A stretch of DNA of 64,000 nucleotides from Gammaproteobacteria bacterium. Its GTDB lineage: Bacteria; Pseudomonadota; Gammaproteobacteria; CBDBNL01; JAAOII01. The stretch's first letter is position 1; each line of letters starts with the position of its first letter. Shown here one piece after another: positions 1 to 9,564 of this stretch. The stretch spans positions 1,856,001 to 1,920,000 of the forward strand of contig OZ242372.1 of NCBI GenBank assembly GCA_965209035.1, in the 5' to 3' direction. Position numbers and translations under genes: made by a program. The notes beneath the pieces were generated by a model. It did not search any database. It had not been told where the DNA came from and was given only the letters and a program-made list of their open reading frames with translations.

Positions 1-1596
1 TTTAAGACCCTGCGTCTGATGAACGGCTTATATCTGCAAACTCATGCGCCGATGTTACGGGTTGCCATTCCTTACGGTCTTTTGTCTGCCGAACAACTGC
101 GTAAACTGGCATATATTGCCCGCAAGTTTGATAAAGGATTTGGTCACTTCACCACGCGCCAGAACATTCAGTACAATTGGCCGAAACTGGAGGAGGTGCC
201 GGATATTCTTGCGGAATTGGCCGAAGTGGAGATGCACGCCATTCAGACCAGCGGGAACTGCATCCGAAATGTGACCAGCGATCATTTGGCGGGAGTCGCC
301 CCGGATGAGACGGATGACCCGCGCATTTATTGCGAACTGATTCGTCAGTGGTCAAGTTTTCATCCGGAATTTTCTTTTTTGCCGCGCAAGTTCAAGATAG
401 CCGTATCCGGTGCCGAGTATGATCGGGCGGCGACTCAACTTCACGACATAGGACTTTACATGCGCCGAGACGATGCGGGGGAAATTGGGTTTCAGGTGCT
501 GGTCGGCGGCGGGCTGGGGCGCACGCCTGTTATCGGCAAGACGCTGCGCGAGTTTTTACCACAAAAGCATCTGTATTCTTATCTGCACGCGATCATGCGT
601 ATTTACAACGAACAAGGGCGAAGAGACAACAAGTATAAGGCGCGTATTAAGATCCTGGTCAACGCGTTGGGCATCAATAAGTTTCGCAGTCTGGTGGAAG
701 ACGAATGGCGCAGAATGCTGGCGGATGACTCAAAACTGGAATTAAAAGAGGAAGATGTGCAACGGGTGCGGGAATTCTTTGCGCCGCCCCCCTATCGCGC
801 CGAGGCCGCTCTGGCGGAGTCCTCGAAAACCCCGAAAACCCCGGAAGCCCCGGAAACAGATGAGCGGGGCGATGCGGCCTATCTTGCCTGGTTTCGCAAC
901 AATACGGCGACACATAAGGTGGCGGGTTATCGGGCTGTTTATCTGTCACTTAAGCATCCGCAGGCCGTGCCGGGCGATCTGAACGCGGCCCAAATGGATG
1001 CGGTAGCCGATCTTGCCGATGCATATTCTTTTGGCGAGCTGCGTGTGACTCACACTCAGAATTTGGTTTTTGCCGATGTGGAGAAGAGGCACTTGACCGA
1101 ATTGTATTCAAAGTTGGAGAAACTAAACTTGGCGACGCCAAATATCGGCGGTCTCACGGATGTCATCTGCTGCCCCGGTCTGGATTACTGCAGTCTTGCC
1201 AATGCCGGCACCATTGAAATAGCGGACCGCATCAACCGACTTTTTGATGATATGGACTACATTCACGATCTGGGCGACCTGCGAGTTAACATGTCCGGTT
1301 GCATGAATGCTTGCGGTCATCACCATGTTGCGGCCATAGGCATTCTGGGTGTGGAAAAGAAGGGAGTAGAATGGTATCAGATTCAGTTAGGCGGGAACGC
1401 TTCCAATGCGGCGGCTCTCGGCAAGGTTCTTGGTCCGTCCGTGCCGAAGGAGCGGGTCGCCGATATGATTGGCGAAATTCTTGAGGTATTCAAAGAGAAG
1501 CGAGAAGGGGAGGAAACTTTTTTGGATACATTCGGCCGCATCGGAATTGAACCGTTTAAGCAAAAGGTATACCACACCAACCCGGCCGCTCCCTGA
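1..1596 (+). CDS. cysI: Sulfite reductase hemoprotein (nitrite/sulfite reductase family), 5'-truncated by window edge
   Basis: Frame is open from base 1 (FKTLRLMNGLY). Motifs HFTTRQNIQ, TSGNCIRNV, LPRKFKIA, CCPGLDYCSLA and SGCMNACGHH (siroheme/4Fe-4S ligands). Followed by DUF934 and cysG. Confidence 0.92.
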   Translation, partial: FKTLRLMNGLYLQTHAPMLRVAIPYGLLSAEQLRKLAYIARKFDKGFGHFTTRQNIQYNWPKLEEVPDILAELAEVEMHAIQTSGNCIRNVTSDHLAGVAPDETDDPRIYCELIRQWSSFHPEFSFLPRKFKIAVSGAEYDRAATQLHDIGLYMRRDDAGEIGFQVLVGGGLGRTPVIGKTLREFLPQKHLYSYLHAIMRIYNEQGRRDNKYKARIKILVNALGINKFRSLVEDEWRRMLADDSKLELKEEDVQRVREFFAPPPYRAEAALAESSKTPKTPEAPETDERGDAAYLAWFRNNTATHKVAGYRAVYLSLKHPQAVPGDLNAAQMDAVADLADAYSFGELRVTHTQNLVFADVEKRHLTELYSKLEKLNLATPNIGGLTDVICCPGLDYCSLANAGTIEIADRINRLFDDMDYIHDLGDLRVNMSGCMNACGHHHVAAIGILGVEKKGVEWYQIQLGGNASNAAALGKVLGPSVPKERVADMIGEILEVFKEKREGEETFLDTFGRIGIEPFKQKVYHTNPAAP

Positions 1597-1627
1597 CCCG
1601 ACCAGCCGGAAAAACTAATATTGCTTT

Positions 1628-2188
1628 ATGCTCATTGACGGAAACGGGGATCCCATATCGGCGGATCCTTGGCATTTATTGCCGCTGCCGACAGAAGAAA
1701 AACCCGCGAGTACCACAAAGGTTCCGGGGGCGGGTGCCACACCGGCATCTGCGGCATCAGTTAAGGCATCCCATCTCACCGAACACACAGTCCTTCCCCT
1801 TGCTGTTTGGAAGGATTGGGATGTGGCAGAGCGAAAAACTTTTTTGAAATTACGGCATCCGGGACTTTTAATTCCCGGCGAACTTACCCGCGAAGAATTC
1901 TTGGAAGAACTGGGAGATGCCTCCGTTATTAAGCGTTTCGGTCTTCTCGCGGTGAGAATCCCCGGATTTGCCGATGGTCGGGCGTTTAGTTTGATCAGAC
2001 GCATTCGCGAACAGGACAAGTATGCCGGCGAATTGCGTGTGATGGGCGAATACTTGACAGATCAATTATATTTTTTGCGGAGATGCGGTGCGGACAGCTA
2101 TGTCCTGGGCGAAAAAGATAATTTAACCGACATCAAAAGACTGCTGTCTCCGTTCAGTAACAATTATCAGAATCTTCCGTCCTCGTAA
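1628..2188 (+). CDS. DUF934-family protein (usual companion of cysI)
   Basis: Motif PGFADGRAFSL..R......GELR..G....DQL.FLRRCG.D; directly downstream of the sulfite reductase. Confidence 0.85.
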   Translation: MLIDGNGDPISADPWHLLPLPTEEKPASTTKVPGAGATPASAASVKASHLTEHTVLPLAVWKDWDVAERKTFLKLRHPGLLIPGELTREEFLEELGDASVIKRFGLLAVRIPGFADGRAFSLIRRIREQDKYAGELRVMGEYLTDQLYFLRRCGADSYVLGEKDNLTDIKRLLSPFSNNYQNLPSS

Positions 2189-2228
2189 TAAAACGATGCC
2201 GGGCAAAGCGGGCTGCTTGTTTTCGTAA

Positions 2229-3605
2229 ATGAGATACTTTCCCGCTTTTTTGGATATTCGGGGCAAGAGCGTCCTGATTGTCGGCGGCGGAACAATTGCC
2301 GGCCGAAAAATTAAACTCGTACTCGCTGCCGGTGGCATCCCCAAAGTAGTCGCGCCGGAAATTCATACGGACATTGCCGTCCGGGTGCGTGATGCCGCCG
2401 GCAGTTTGCACCAACGCAAGTTTTGTGACGAGGATCTGGACGGAATGTTTATGGTATTTTCCGCAACATCGGATAAAAAACTCAGCCGGCATATTTATCG
2501 TCTGGCATCCGCCCGCCAGATCCCCGTTAACTCGGTTGATAATAAAGAGATGTGCAGTTTTATTGTGCCGGCATTGGTTGACAGAGACCCTTTGGTTGTC
2601 GCCTTTTCCAGCGGAGGCGAGGCGCCCGTTCTTGCCAGGCGTCTGCGCGCCAATACCGAAGCCGAGTTGCCATCCAACTACGGTAACCTGCCGGTGTTCT
2701 TGGGCGGTTTGCGGGCGCGTGTTATGAAAGCCCTGCCCGAAGAACAACGCCGTGAATTCTACGAAAAATTGCTGGACAGCCCTGTTCCTCATCTTGTTCT
2801 GGAAGATCGCCGGAAAGAGGCAAGTCAAATGGCAACAAGGCTTCTTAAAAAACACTCAAAAAAGTTATCGGGCGAAGTCTGGTTGGCGGGTGCGGGGCCC
2901 GGCGGTGCGGAGTTGCTCACCTTAAAAACCTTGCGTTTGATGCATCTTGCGGATGTCATTCTCTATGACCGCCTGGTTAGCCAAGACATTTTGGAGATGG
3001 CTCGCCGAGATGCCGATATGATTCCGGTCGGCAAGCCGGGCATGACCCAATCGGAGATTAACCGATTGCTCGTCGCGGAGGCGAGAAAAGGCAGGACAGT
3101 GTTACGTCTCAAAGGAGGAGATCCCGGCATCTATGGCAGACTAACCGAAGAAACGGATGCCCTAAAAAAGGCGGGCATTACTTTTCATATTGCTCCGGGA
3201 TTGACCGCCGCCTTAGCCTGTGCCGCTTACGGTGGTATCCCCCTGACGGATCGCCGATTTGCACATGGCGTCAGTTTTATTACTCTGCAGACCGCGGGCA
3301 CTGAATCCAAAAGTGAAGGCAAACCGATGTTGAGCGAGCAGACCCTGCAATCATTGCGGGCATTGTCCGGCGGCGAACAGACGCTGGTGATTTACATGGG
3401 AGTGGAATTGATAGAACCGGGTATTCGGGAGCTCCTGAAATGCGGCATGCCTGTTTCCATGCCGGCAATGATTGTGGAGTCCGTTGGGTTTGGCAACCAG
3501 CGGGTGATTAAGTGCCGTCTGAGCCGCTTGCCAAAATTGGTCCGAGAAAAGAAGATCAAATCGCCCGCTACTTTTGTCATTGGACATGTATGTGGCGCTG
3601 ATTAA
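2229..3605 (+). CDS. cysG: Siroheme synthase (precorrin-2 dehydrogenase/ferrochelatase plus uroporphyrinogen-III methyltransferase)
   Basis: N-terminal VLIVGGGTIA.RK and SGGEAPVLAR; C-terminal GAGPG, YDRLVS and RLKGGDP. Confidence 0.95.
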   Translation: MRYFPAFLDIRGKSVLIVGGGTIAGRKIKLVLAAGGIPKVVAPEIHTDIAVRVRDAAGSLHQRKFCDEDLDGMFMVFSATSDKKLSRHIYRLASARQIPVNSVDNKEMCSFIVPALVDRDPLVVAFSSGGEAPVLARRLRANTEAELPSNYGNLPVFLGGLRARVMKALPEEQRREFYEKLLDSPVPHLVLEDRRKEASQMATRLLKKHSKKLSGEVWLAGAGPGGAELLTLKTLRLMHLADVILYDRLVSQDILEMARRDADMIPVGKPGMTQSEINRLLVAEARKGRTVLRLKGGDPGIYGRLTEETDALKKAGITFHIAPGLTAALACAAYGGIPLTDRRFAHGVSFITLQTAGTESKSEGKPMLSEQTLQSLRALSGGEQTLVIYMGVELIEPGIRELLKCGMPVSMPAMIVESVGFGNQRVIKCRLSRLPKLVREKKIKSPATFVIGHVCGAD

Positions 3606-3634
3606 AGTCAGGTATTTTTAAGTAAGATATCGGT

Positions 3635-4888
3635 ATGCTTTTTGTTCAAAAATACGGCGGAACTTCTTTGGCGGGAATCGAACGCCTGCGTGCCGTAACT
3701 GAGCAGATTTGTCGCGATCACGCAGCCGGGCATTCCGTCATAGTGATCGTATCCGCAATGGGAGAGGAAACGGATCACCTGCTTGAACAGTCTGCGGCAT
3801 TTGGTGTGCCGCCGCCGCGCGAGTTGGATCACCTGCTCGCATGCGGCGAGCAAAAAAGTGCGGCACTGCTCAGTATGTCATTGAACGAGAAGGGCGTCTC
3901 GGCGCGTGCCTATGCCGGCTGGCAAGTGCCGTTGCAAACCGACGACCATCACGGTCGGGCGCGTATTCGTAAAATAGACACCAAAAGGTTGCGTCGGGAC
4001 ATCCGAGATAAAACAGTCCCCATAGTCACCGGGTTTCAGGGGGTGAATGAAAACGGAGATATCACCACTCTCGGCCGTGGCGGCTCGGACACCAGTGCGG
4101 TTGCCATAGCGGCGGCATTCGGTGCGGACGAATGTCAAATTTATACGGATGTTGACGGAATCTATACGGCGGATCCTCGCTTGGTACGAGATGCGCGACT
4201 GCTCGGTCAGATTTTCATGGAGGAGATGTTGGAATTGGCGGCTCTGGGTTCGCGGGTGTTGGAACCGCGCTCCGTGGCATTGGCGGCAAAGAATAATGTG
4301 AACCTGCGAGTTCTCTCGGCATTTGGAAAGCCGGGAGAATCGTCGGGGACCTTAATAATGAAACGACAAGTTAGACAAGTTAAAGTTAAAAGAGGAGATA
4401 AAAATATGGAAGAAAGTATAGTATCCGGTATCGCGCACAATAAAAGCGAAGCCAAGATTACGGTCAATCATGTTCCGGACAAACCGGGCGTGGCGTCGCG
4501 TATCCTTGATAGGATTAGCGAAGAAAAAATAGAGGTGGACATGATTGTTCAAAATGTGGGCAGTCACGGATCCACCGATTTTACCTTCACCCTGCATCGC
4601 AATCATTACAGACGGGCTTGCAATGCCCTCAAAGAACTCCGGGAGGAATTGTCTTTTAAGAGTATATCCGGTGATACCAAGATTGCCAAGATTTCTTTGG
4701 TCGGTCTGGGGATGCGCTCGCATTCGGGAGTGGCTGCGCGTATGTTCGCCGCTCTTGCCAAAGAAGGGATTAATATTCAGGTAATTTCCACATCCGAAAT
4801 TCGGGTTTCGGTGATTATTGAAGAGAAGTACACCGAGTTGGCGGTGCGTTGCCTGCACGAAGAGTTTGGCCTGAACAAAAAGCCTTAA
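3635..4888 (+). CDS. lysC: Aspartate kinase
   Basis: VQKYGGTS, VSAMG, TTLGRGGSDTSA, IYTDVDG; two C-terminal ACT domains. Confidence 0.95.
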   Translation: MLFVQKYGGTSLAGIERLRAVTEQICRDHAAGHSVIVIVSAMGEETDHLLEQSAAFGVPPPRELDHLLACGEQKSAALLSMSLNEKGVSARAYAGWQVPLQTDDHHGRARIRKIDTKRLRRDIRDKTVPIVTGFQGVNENGDITTLGRGGSDTSAVAIAAAFGADECQIYTDVDGIYTADPRLVRDARLLGQIFMEEMLELAALGSRVLEPRSVALAAKNNVNLRVLSAFGKPGESSGTLIMKRQVRQVKVKRGDKNMEESIVSGIAHNKSEAKITVNHVPDKPGVASRILDRISEEKIEVDMIVQNVGSHGSTDFTFTLHRNHYRRACNALKELREELSFKSISGDTKIAKISLVGLGMRSHSGVAARMFAALAKEGINIQVISTSEIRVSVIIEEKYTELAVRCLHEEFGLNKKP

Positions 4889-4999
4889 ATTTGGCGAACT
4901 TGCCGAACTCGGAGAACTTTTTAAGAACTTTGGGATCTCACGATTAACGACAAACCGGGTAACCGGGGCAACCCCGGCAATTTTGGAAGTTTTCTTTAA

Positions 5000-5365
5000 T
5001 TAGCCAAAAAGAAAGGTATGCAGAATCCGCCCCGGCATGGCAGTCGCCAGTACGCCCGCAATGACCAGGCCGGCATAGGTCCCCTGCATGAAACGACGGT
5101 GGCTGCCGATGCGTTTTTTTCGAATGGCAAGCAAAGCCAAGACAATACAGATAAATGTCCAGGCGGTCAGAATATGGATGGGCGTGAAGTTGCCGTTCTC
5201 GTCGCGAATTGCCAAGGAGGTAATACAGGCAAGTAGTATGAGACCGCAGTAGGTTTTGCCAACGGCCTTGTGCAAAGCGTCTCCTTTGGTGCGCATCAGG
5301 CTATAGCCACCTAACAACATTGCTGCAAGAGCCGAGAACAGGTGTAATCCGATAAAGAGGTTCAT
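5000..5365 (-). CDS. Small membrane protein, DUF2306-like
   Basis: Several hydrophobic helices with KG..LHK..GK.Y, IHIL and H.RFM.G.Y motifs. ATG at 5365 preferred over the upstream GTG at 5434. Confidence 0.7.
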   Translation of the reverse strand: MNLFIGLHLFSALAAMLLGGYSLMRTKGDALHKAVGKTYCGLILLACITSLAIRDENGNFTPIHILTAWTFICIVLALLAIRKKRIGSHRRFMQGTYAGLVIAGVLATAMPGRILHTFLFG

Positions 5366-5579
5366 ATGAGTTTGTATTTTAGCACGGGATTTTAGAGCAT
5401 CCCGTTTGTGCCTAATCTCAAAAGGATGAGGCACTCAGCGTATGGGGTTCTATTCCGACGACTTGAACGGATGACTTATAATTACCGAATATATTGCATA
5501 AAGCACTTTCGGCAGAGAGCAGACTCTACTCGCCGTATTTATATTTAGATTTAATGGATGTATTCAATTTGGACAATTT

Positions 5580-7277
5580 ATGAAAGATCAGTCTAACATT
5601 AGTAAGGTTTCTCGAATGATGCCTTGGATTAAGAACTTAGTGGGTTTTAATCTTCTATATTTTGTATTTATCGCAGTCTGTATTGCAGTAATGGGGTATT
5701 GGTTATCTTTATCCTTGCTTGGAGAAATATTTTCCGGGTTGATTGGTCCGGCACTAAAATTTTTGATTAAGAAAAATGTGGCTCCGGGTTTGGCTGTGAT
5801 GATAGGGGTATTTGGCTTTCTTATTTTGTTGTATTTACTAATAAGATGGCTTTATATCGGTAGGACAGTGATTAAACCGTTAAAGAAGGCGATAGTCGGA
5901 ATTACGAATGAAAAAAAACTTGCCGGGCAGTTTGAAACCATAGACCAGGACTTATTAAAGTCCAATGAAACAGTCGCGCATGTATGGAAAGAATTTAAAG
6001 AAACTCTGATTAAGTCGCAAACTGGCGAGGATGATGAAGCGAGTATTTATCAAAATACGGTGAATCCCGCCGAATATTTTTACCCGGCCGCTTTTGGGGC
6101 GGAACTTAACTTTTTTCGTATCTGGCCCAATGTTTTTGTTGGTATTGGTTTGGTTATTACTTTTGCCGGCATTATTTCCGCTCTCACGGCCGCATTGGGT
6201 GGAATTGCTTCCGACACTGCAACAATTAACGAATCTCAAGAAGCCTTGCGTACTCTTCTCAACGCAACATCCGCAAAATTTTATGCTTCTATGGTAGGTT
6301 TGTTCTTTTCTATTGTTATAGCCATTTCAATCAGATGGTATAGTCGTTGGGTTCGCGGTGCATTTAATAGCATTTGTCTGGCATTGGAAAAGGGGCTGCG
6401 TAGTATCAGTCCGGAGGATTTGGCCGCCAAACAACTGAAAGAACTTCGTAACCAAACAAGGCAACTGGAAACTTTTGGTACCGATCTCGCGATGCAGGTG
6501 GGCAAAGAGGTAAGAGAGGCAATTGGCGGTGGCGCTCAACAGGTGGTTGAAAATGTTGCAGGAGAATCTTTTACTGCCATGGCAACAGAACTTAGTGAGG
6601 TAGTTAAAGCATTGGGCACCCTGCCGCAAAATATTAGTAAGGGAGGTGAAAAATTTGAAGAGAAAATGCAAGATTTTTTAAACAACTTTACCAAAACACT
6701 TGATGATATGAAAGAAAGATTGGATAAGAATTCTGAGGAACGTGATAGGGCTTATGCAAAACAAATGTCCAACTTCTCGGAAGGAATGACTAAAGTGGTT
6801 GATGAAAGGATTGGCAGTATCGGGCAGGCGATAGGAGAACTGAATGGACCGATTGACAGGTTAAAAGAAAACTTGGAAAGCAGTGCCAAAGAAATTGGTG
6901 ACGCAACCCAACAGACAAGAGAAGTAACCGAGGAACTAAACCAAGCCTTGACTAAGATGAGCTCAATTTTGGAAGTGACACGAGAAGCCGCTTTTAATGC
7001 CGCAAAAGGAGTGGAGAACATTAAGGACCCTCTTGAAGAAGTTGTTGAGTTCTGGAAGACACACCATTCTCGAATAGAAGAAACGGATAAAAAACTGGGA
7101 GACTATTTAAAACAAATTAATGATAATACTGCGAAGGTCACTACGAAATTGAATGATTTTGTAGCAAAACTGGACAACAAGTTTGGTTCTTCCATAAGTT
7201 CTTTGGAGACGGTCATAGAAGATTTACAGGAAACATTGGAAAAAAAGCAAAAAAAGGACAAAAGAATAAAAAAATAA
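5580..7277 (+). CDS. zorA: Zorya ZorA (MotA-like membrane subunit with long coiled-coil tail)
   Basis: PNVFVGIGLVITFAGII and AKFYASMVGLFFSI MotA/TolQ-type helices, then a long heptad-rich tail; immediately upstream of a MotB/OmpA-domain gene. Confidence 0.85.
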   Translation: MKDQSNISKVSRMMPWIKNLVGFNLLYFVFIAVCIAVMGYWLSLSLLGEIFSGLIGPALKFLIKKNVAPGLAVMIGVFGFLILLYLLIRWLYIGRTVIKPLKKAIVGITNEKKLAGQFETIDQDLLKSNETVAHVWKEFKETLIKSQTGEDDEASIYQNTVNPAEYFYPAAFGAELNFFRIWPNVFVGIGLVITFAGIISALTAALGGIASDTATINESQEALRTLLNATSAKFYASMVGLFFSIVIAISIRWYSRWVRGAFNSICLALEKGLRSISPEDLAAKQLKELRNQTRQLETFGTDLAMQVGKEVREAIGGGAQQVVENVAGESFTAMATELSEVVKALGTLPQNISKGGEKFEEKMQDFLNNFTKTLDDMKERLDKNSEERDRAYAKQMSNFSEGMTKVVDERIGSIGQAIGELNGPIDRLKENLESSAKEIGDATQQTREVTEELNQALTKMSSILEVTREAAFNAAKGVENIKDPLEEVVEFWKTHHSRIEETDKKLGDYLKQINDNTAKVTTKLNDFVAKLDNKFGSSISSLETVIEDLQETLEKKQKKDKRIKK

Positions 7278-7350
7278 AAAAAGATAAGAAAGATGAACAG
7301 ACGGGTGAATAGGTGACCTGCTCCGGAACTTTGGGAGCATCTGAAACACA

Positions 7351-8169
7351 GTGAACAGCAGCCATACACAGCGTGAAGAATCTGAAGATTCTTATTTCGT
7401 TTCCATGACCGATATTATGGTCGGTTTGTTGTTTGTGTTTATTTTGATGATGACTCTTTTTATTTATCAGGTGCGGGACGATCTGAATCAACGCACCAAT
7501 GAGTCCGAAGCCGCCGAGCATCGTAAAGTGATTCTTGATGAACTGCAAAAATTCTTGCGAGAGAATAACATAACACAGGTATCAATAGACGAGGAACACG
7601 GTATATTGCGCTTGCCGGAAGGCGTTCTGTTTGATTCGGGGGAGGCGGACATAAAGCCCGGCACGGATGCAAACAGAGTTGCCCGAGTTCTGTCCCGGGC
7701 GTTTTATGAAGTTTTGGATTGCTCTGTTTTTGCAAGGCTGGAAATTCCGTTTAATGCTTCCCAAGAATGCTTGTCCCGGAACGAGAATAGAATTTTTGTG
7801 GAGGCTATATTTGTGGAAGGGCATACGGATAATGTGCCGATCCATTCGGGAGGCTTGTCGGGCTACAAGAATATAGATACTAATTTGAAACTTTCAGTTT
7901 TTCGTGCCGCACATACTTATGAAATCATGGTCAATGAATCTCCCCGACTCGTTGACTTTTTTAGCCCAAGCGGTTATCCTATTTTTGCTTCCACGGGTTA
8001 TGGGGAAACTCGCCCTCTGGGTGATAATTTGTCCAAAGAATCCAGAAAGCGCAATCGGCGGATAGACATCCGAATTTTGATGCATGTGCCCAAGTCAGGG
8101 AAAGAGTTTAGACAATTTCAACAACGCTTACAAAAAGATTACACGAATAAGATAAATGAAACTAACTGA
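7351..8169 (+). CDS. zorB: Zorya ZorB (MotB/OmpA peptidoglycan-binding domain)
   Basis: YFVSMTDIMVGLLFVFIL transmembrane helix with conserved Asp; LFDSG, VEGHTD, N.KLS..RA, GYGE.RP, NRRIDIR. Confidence 0.9.
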   Translation: MNSSHTQREESEDSYFVSMTDIMVGLLFVFILMMTLFIYQVRDDLNQRTNESEAAEHRKVILDELQKFLRENNITQVSIDEEHGILRLPEGVLFDSGEADIKPGTDANRVARVLSRAFYEVLDCSVFARLEIPFNASQECLSRNENRIFVEAIFVEGHTDNVPIHSGGLSGYKNIDTNLKLSVFRAAHTYEIMVNESPRLVDFFSPSGYPIFASTGYGETRPLGDNLSKESRKRNRRIDIRILMHVPKSGKEFRQFQQRLQKDYTNKINETN

Positions 8170-9523
8170 TTTTTTCTCTCGCCGCCACTTGCCGGAACCG
8201 GCACTTCCGCAACCGCCGACAAGTCCGGTAAAAATGAACAAAACACATGCAAGAATCTTGCAGAAATGGGGCGAGGGTACAATTCAAACGAATGGTAACC
8301 TTGCAGAAGAAGTGTGGGTTTACTGGCAAGAGAAGCGTTTGGCGGAACTTGGTGGGCGAAAGATCCGAAAAATTGCCAACTTGATGTTTGGTGCGGATGC
8401 CGCGGCGGAGAGACTGCGTCAGGACCGAGAGTTCATTAGAGAGTACTTAAAAATGATCGAACAGCAAGACAGTCGCACCATCTGGCGGGCTTTGATCATT
8501 TCCTACCTCACAAACTACAAACCTGAAAGCAAGCCGATCGCGATGATTGCCAAGTGTTTGAGTGAGAATCGGACGCTGTTGCCGAATGGATGGCCGAAGG
8601 TTATTGACGAGGTAAATCTGTTTGATGTTCGGCAAGCACCGCAACATGTTGCCGATTTTATTTTTTCACGGGATGACAAAATTGCATCATTGCTGGATGG
8701 CATCGCTTTGGATGATAGGTCGGCCGGTATGATGGAATATGTAAGAAGACAAATTGCCGAGAAAATAAGAGATGAAGTGATAAAAAGAGGACAAAGTAAG
8801 TTTGAGAATATGAGCCGATTTCACAAATGGATCACAAACGAGAGTAACAAAATTGGAGATGCCTTTCGCGAAGCCTCCATGATAGGCTTAATAGGTCCAA
8901 TGGTAAAAGGCGAGAGTCATTCTTTGATGTCTAAAAAAAGTGAAAAGTTACTTTTGGAAACCTACGGTGATCCTCGCATTCCCGAAGAAAGAGTGGGCTG
9001 GCCGGGACCCGAAGAATATATTCGGATGTTTATTCGCAGACTGAATTCGGGTATTTTGGAACGATTCTTAAGGATTATTCAACGGACGGTTCATGAGAGT
9101 TCGGCTGTGGGCATGTGGACAGCCAGAGAAGAATTTTGGCGGGCAAAGTATCTGGATAAGATAGATGATGCACTGATTATTTGTGGAAGAGCAGCAAGAG
9201 AACTGTTGGAACAAGAACGAATGATGGACCCTGACGATTACGACTTACCTTACAGTCGTTTACAGGGAGGTGAAAGAGAGCAATCCGTATTGTTGATGAA
9301 AATTGGTGATATGACAGTGGCGGAATGGAGTCATAACGGCAGCTGCAGGATATGGAAAAAAGGAAATAGATCTGCCCCGGAATTTACCAGGGATGAGGAA
9401 TTATCACACGATACTCTTTCTTCGAGAAGAAGTAACAGCGATTGTAGGATTCCACATCTGGGAGGAACTTGGAAATATAAGATTCAGTCCTGTTTGGATA
9501 ACACAGATTACAAATGTTCGTGA
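8156..9523 (+). CDS. zorC: Zorya ZorC (EH-signature domain protein)
   Basis: YGDPR, W.AREEFW and VAEWSHNGSCRIW (E..H signature); overlaps the zorB stop. Confidence 0.85.
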   Translation: MKLTDFFSRRHLPEPALPQPPTSPVKMNKTHARILQKWGEGTIQTNGNLAEEVWVYWQEKRLAELGGRKIRKIANLMFGADAAAERLRQDREFIREYLKMIEQQDSRTIWRALIISYLTNYKPESKPIAMIAKCLSENRTLLPNGWPKVIDEVNLFDVRQAPQHVADFIFSRDDKIASLLDGIALDDRSAGMMEYVRRQIAEKIRDEVIKRGQSKFENMSRFHKWITNESNKIGDAFREASMIGLIGPMVKGESHSLMSKKSEKLLLETYGDPRIPEERVGWPGPEEYIRMFIRRLNSGILERFLRIIQRTVHESSAVGMWTAREEFWRAKYLDKIDDALIICGRAARELLEQERMMDPDDYDLPYSRLQGGEREQSVLLMKIGDMTVAEWSHNGSCRIWKKGNRSAPEFTRDEELSHDTLSSRRSNSDCRIPHLGGTWKYKIQSCLDNTDYKCS

Positions 9524-9564
9524 TGCCTAATGGGAATAAAGGTTATTCCAAGTTTTAATTAGCG

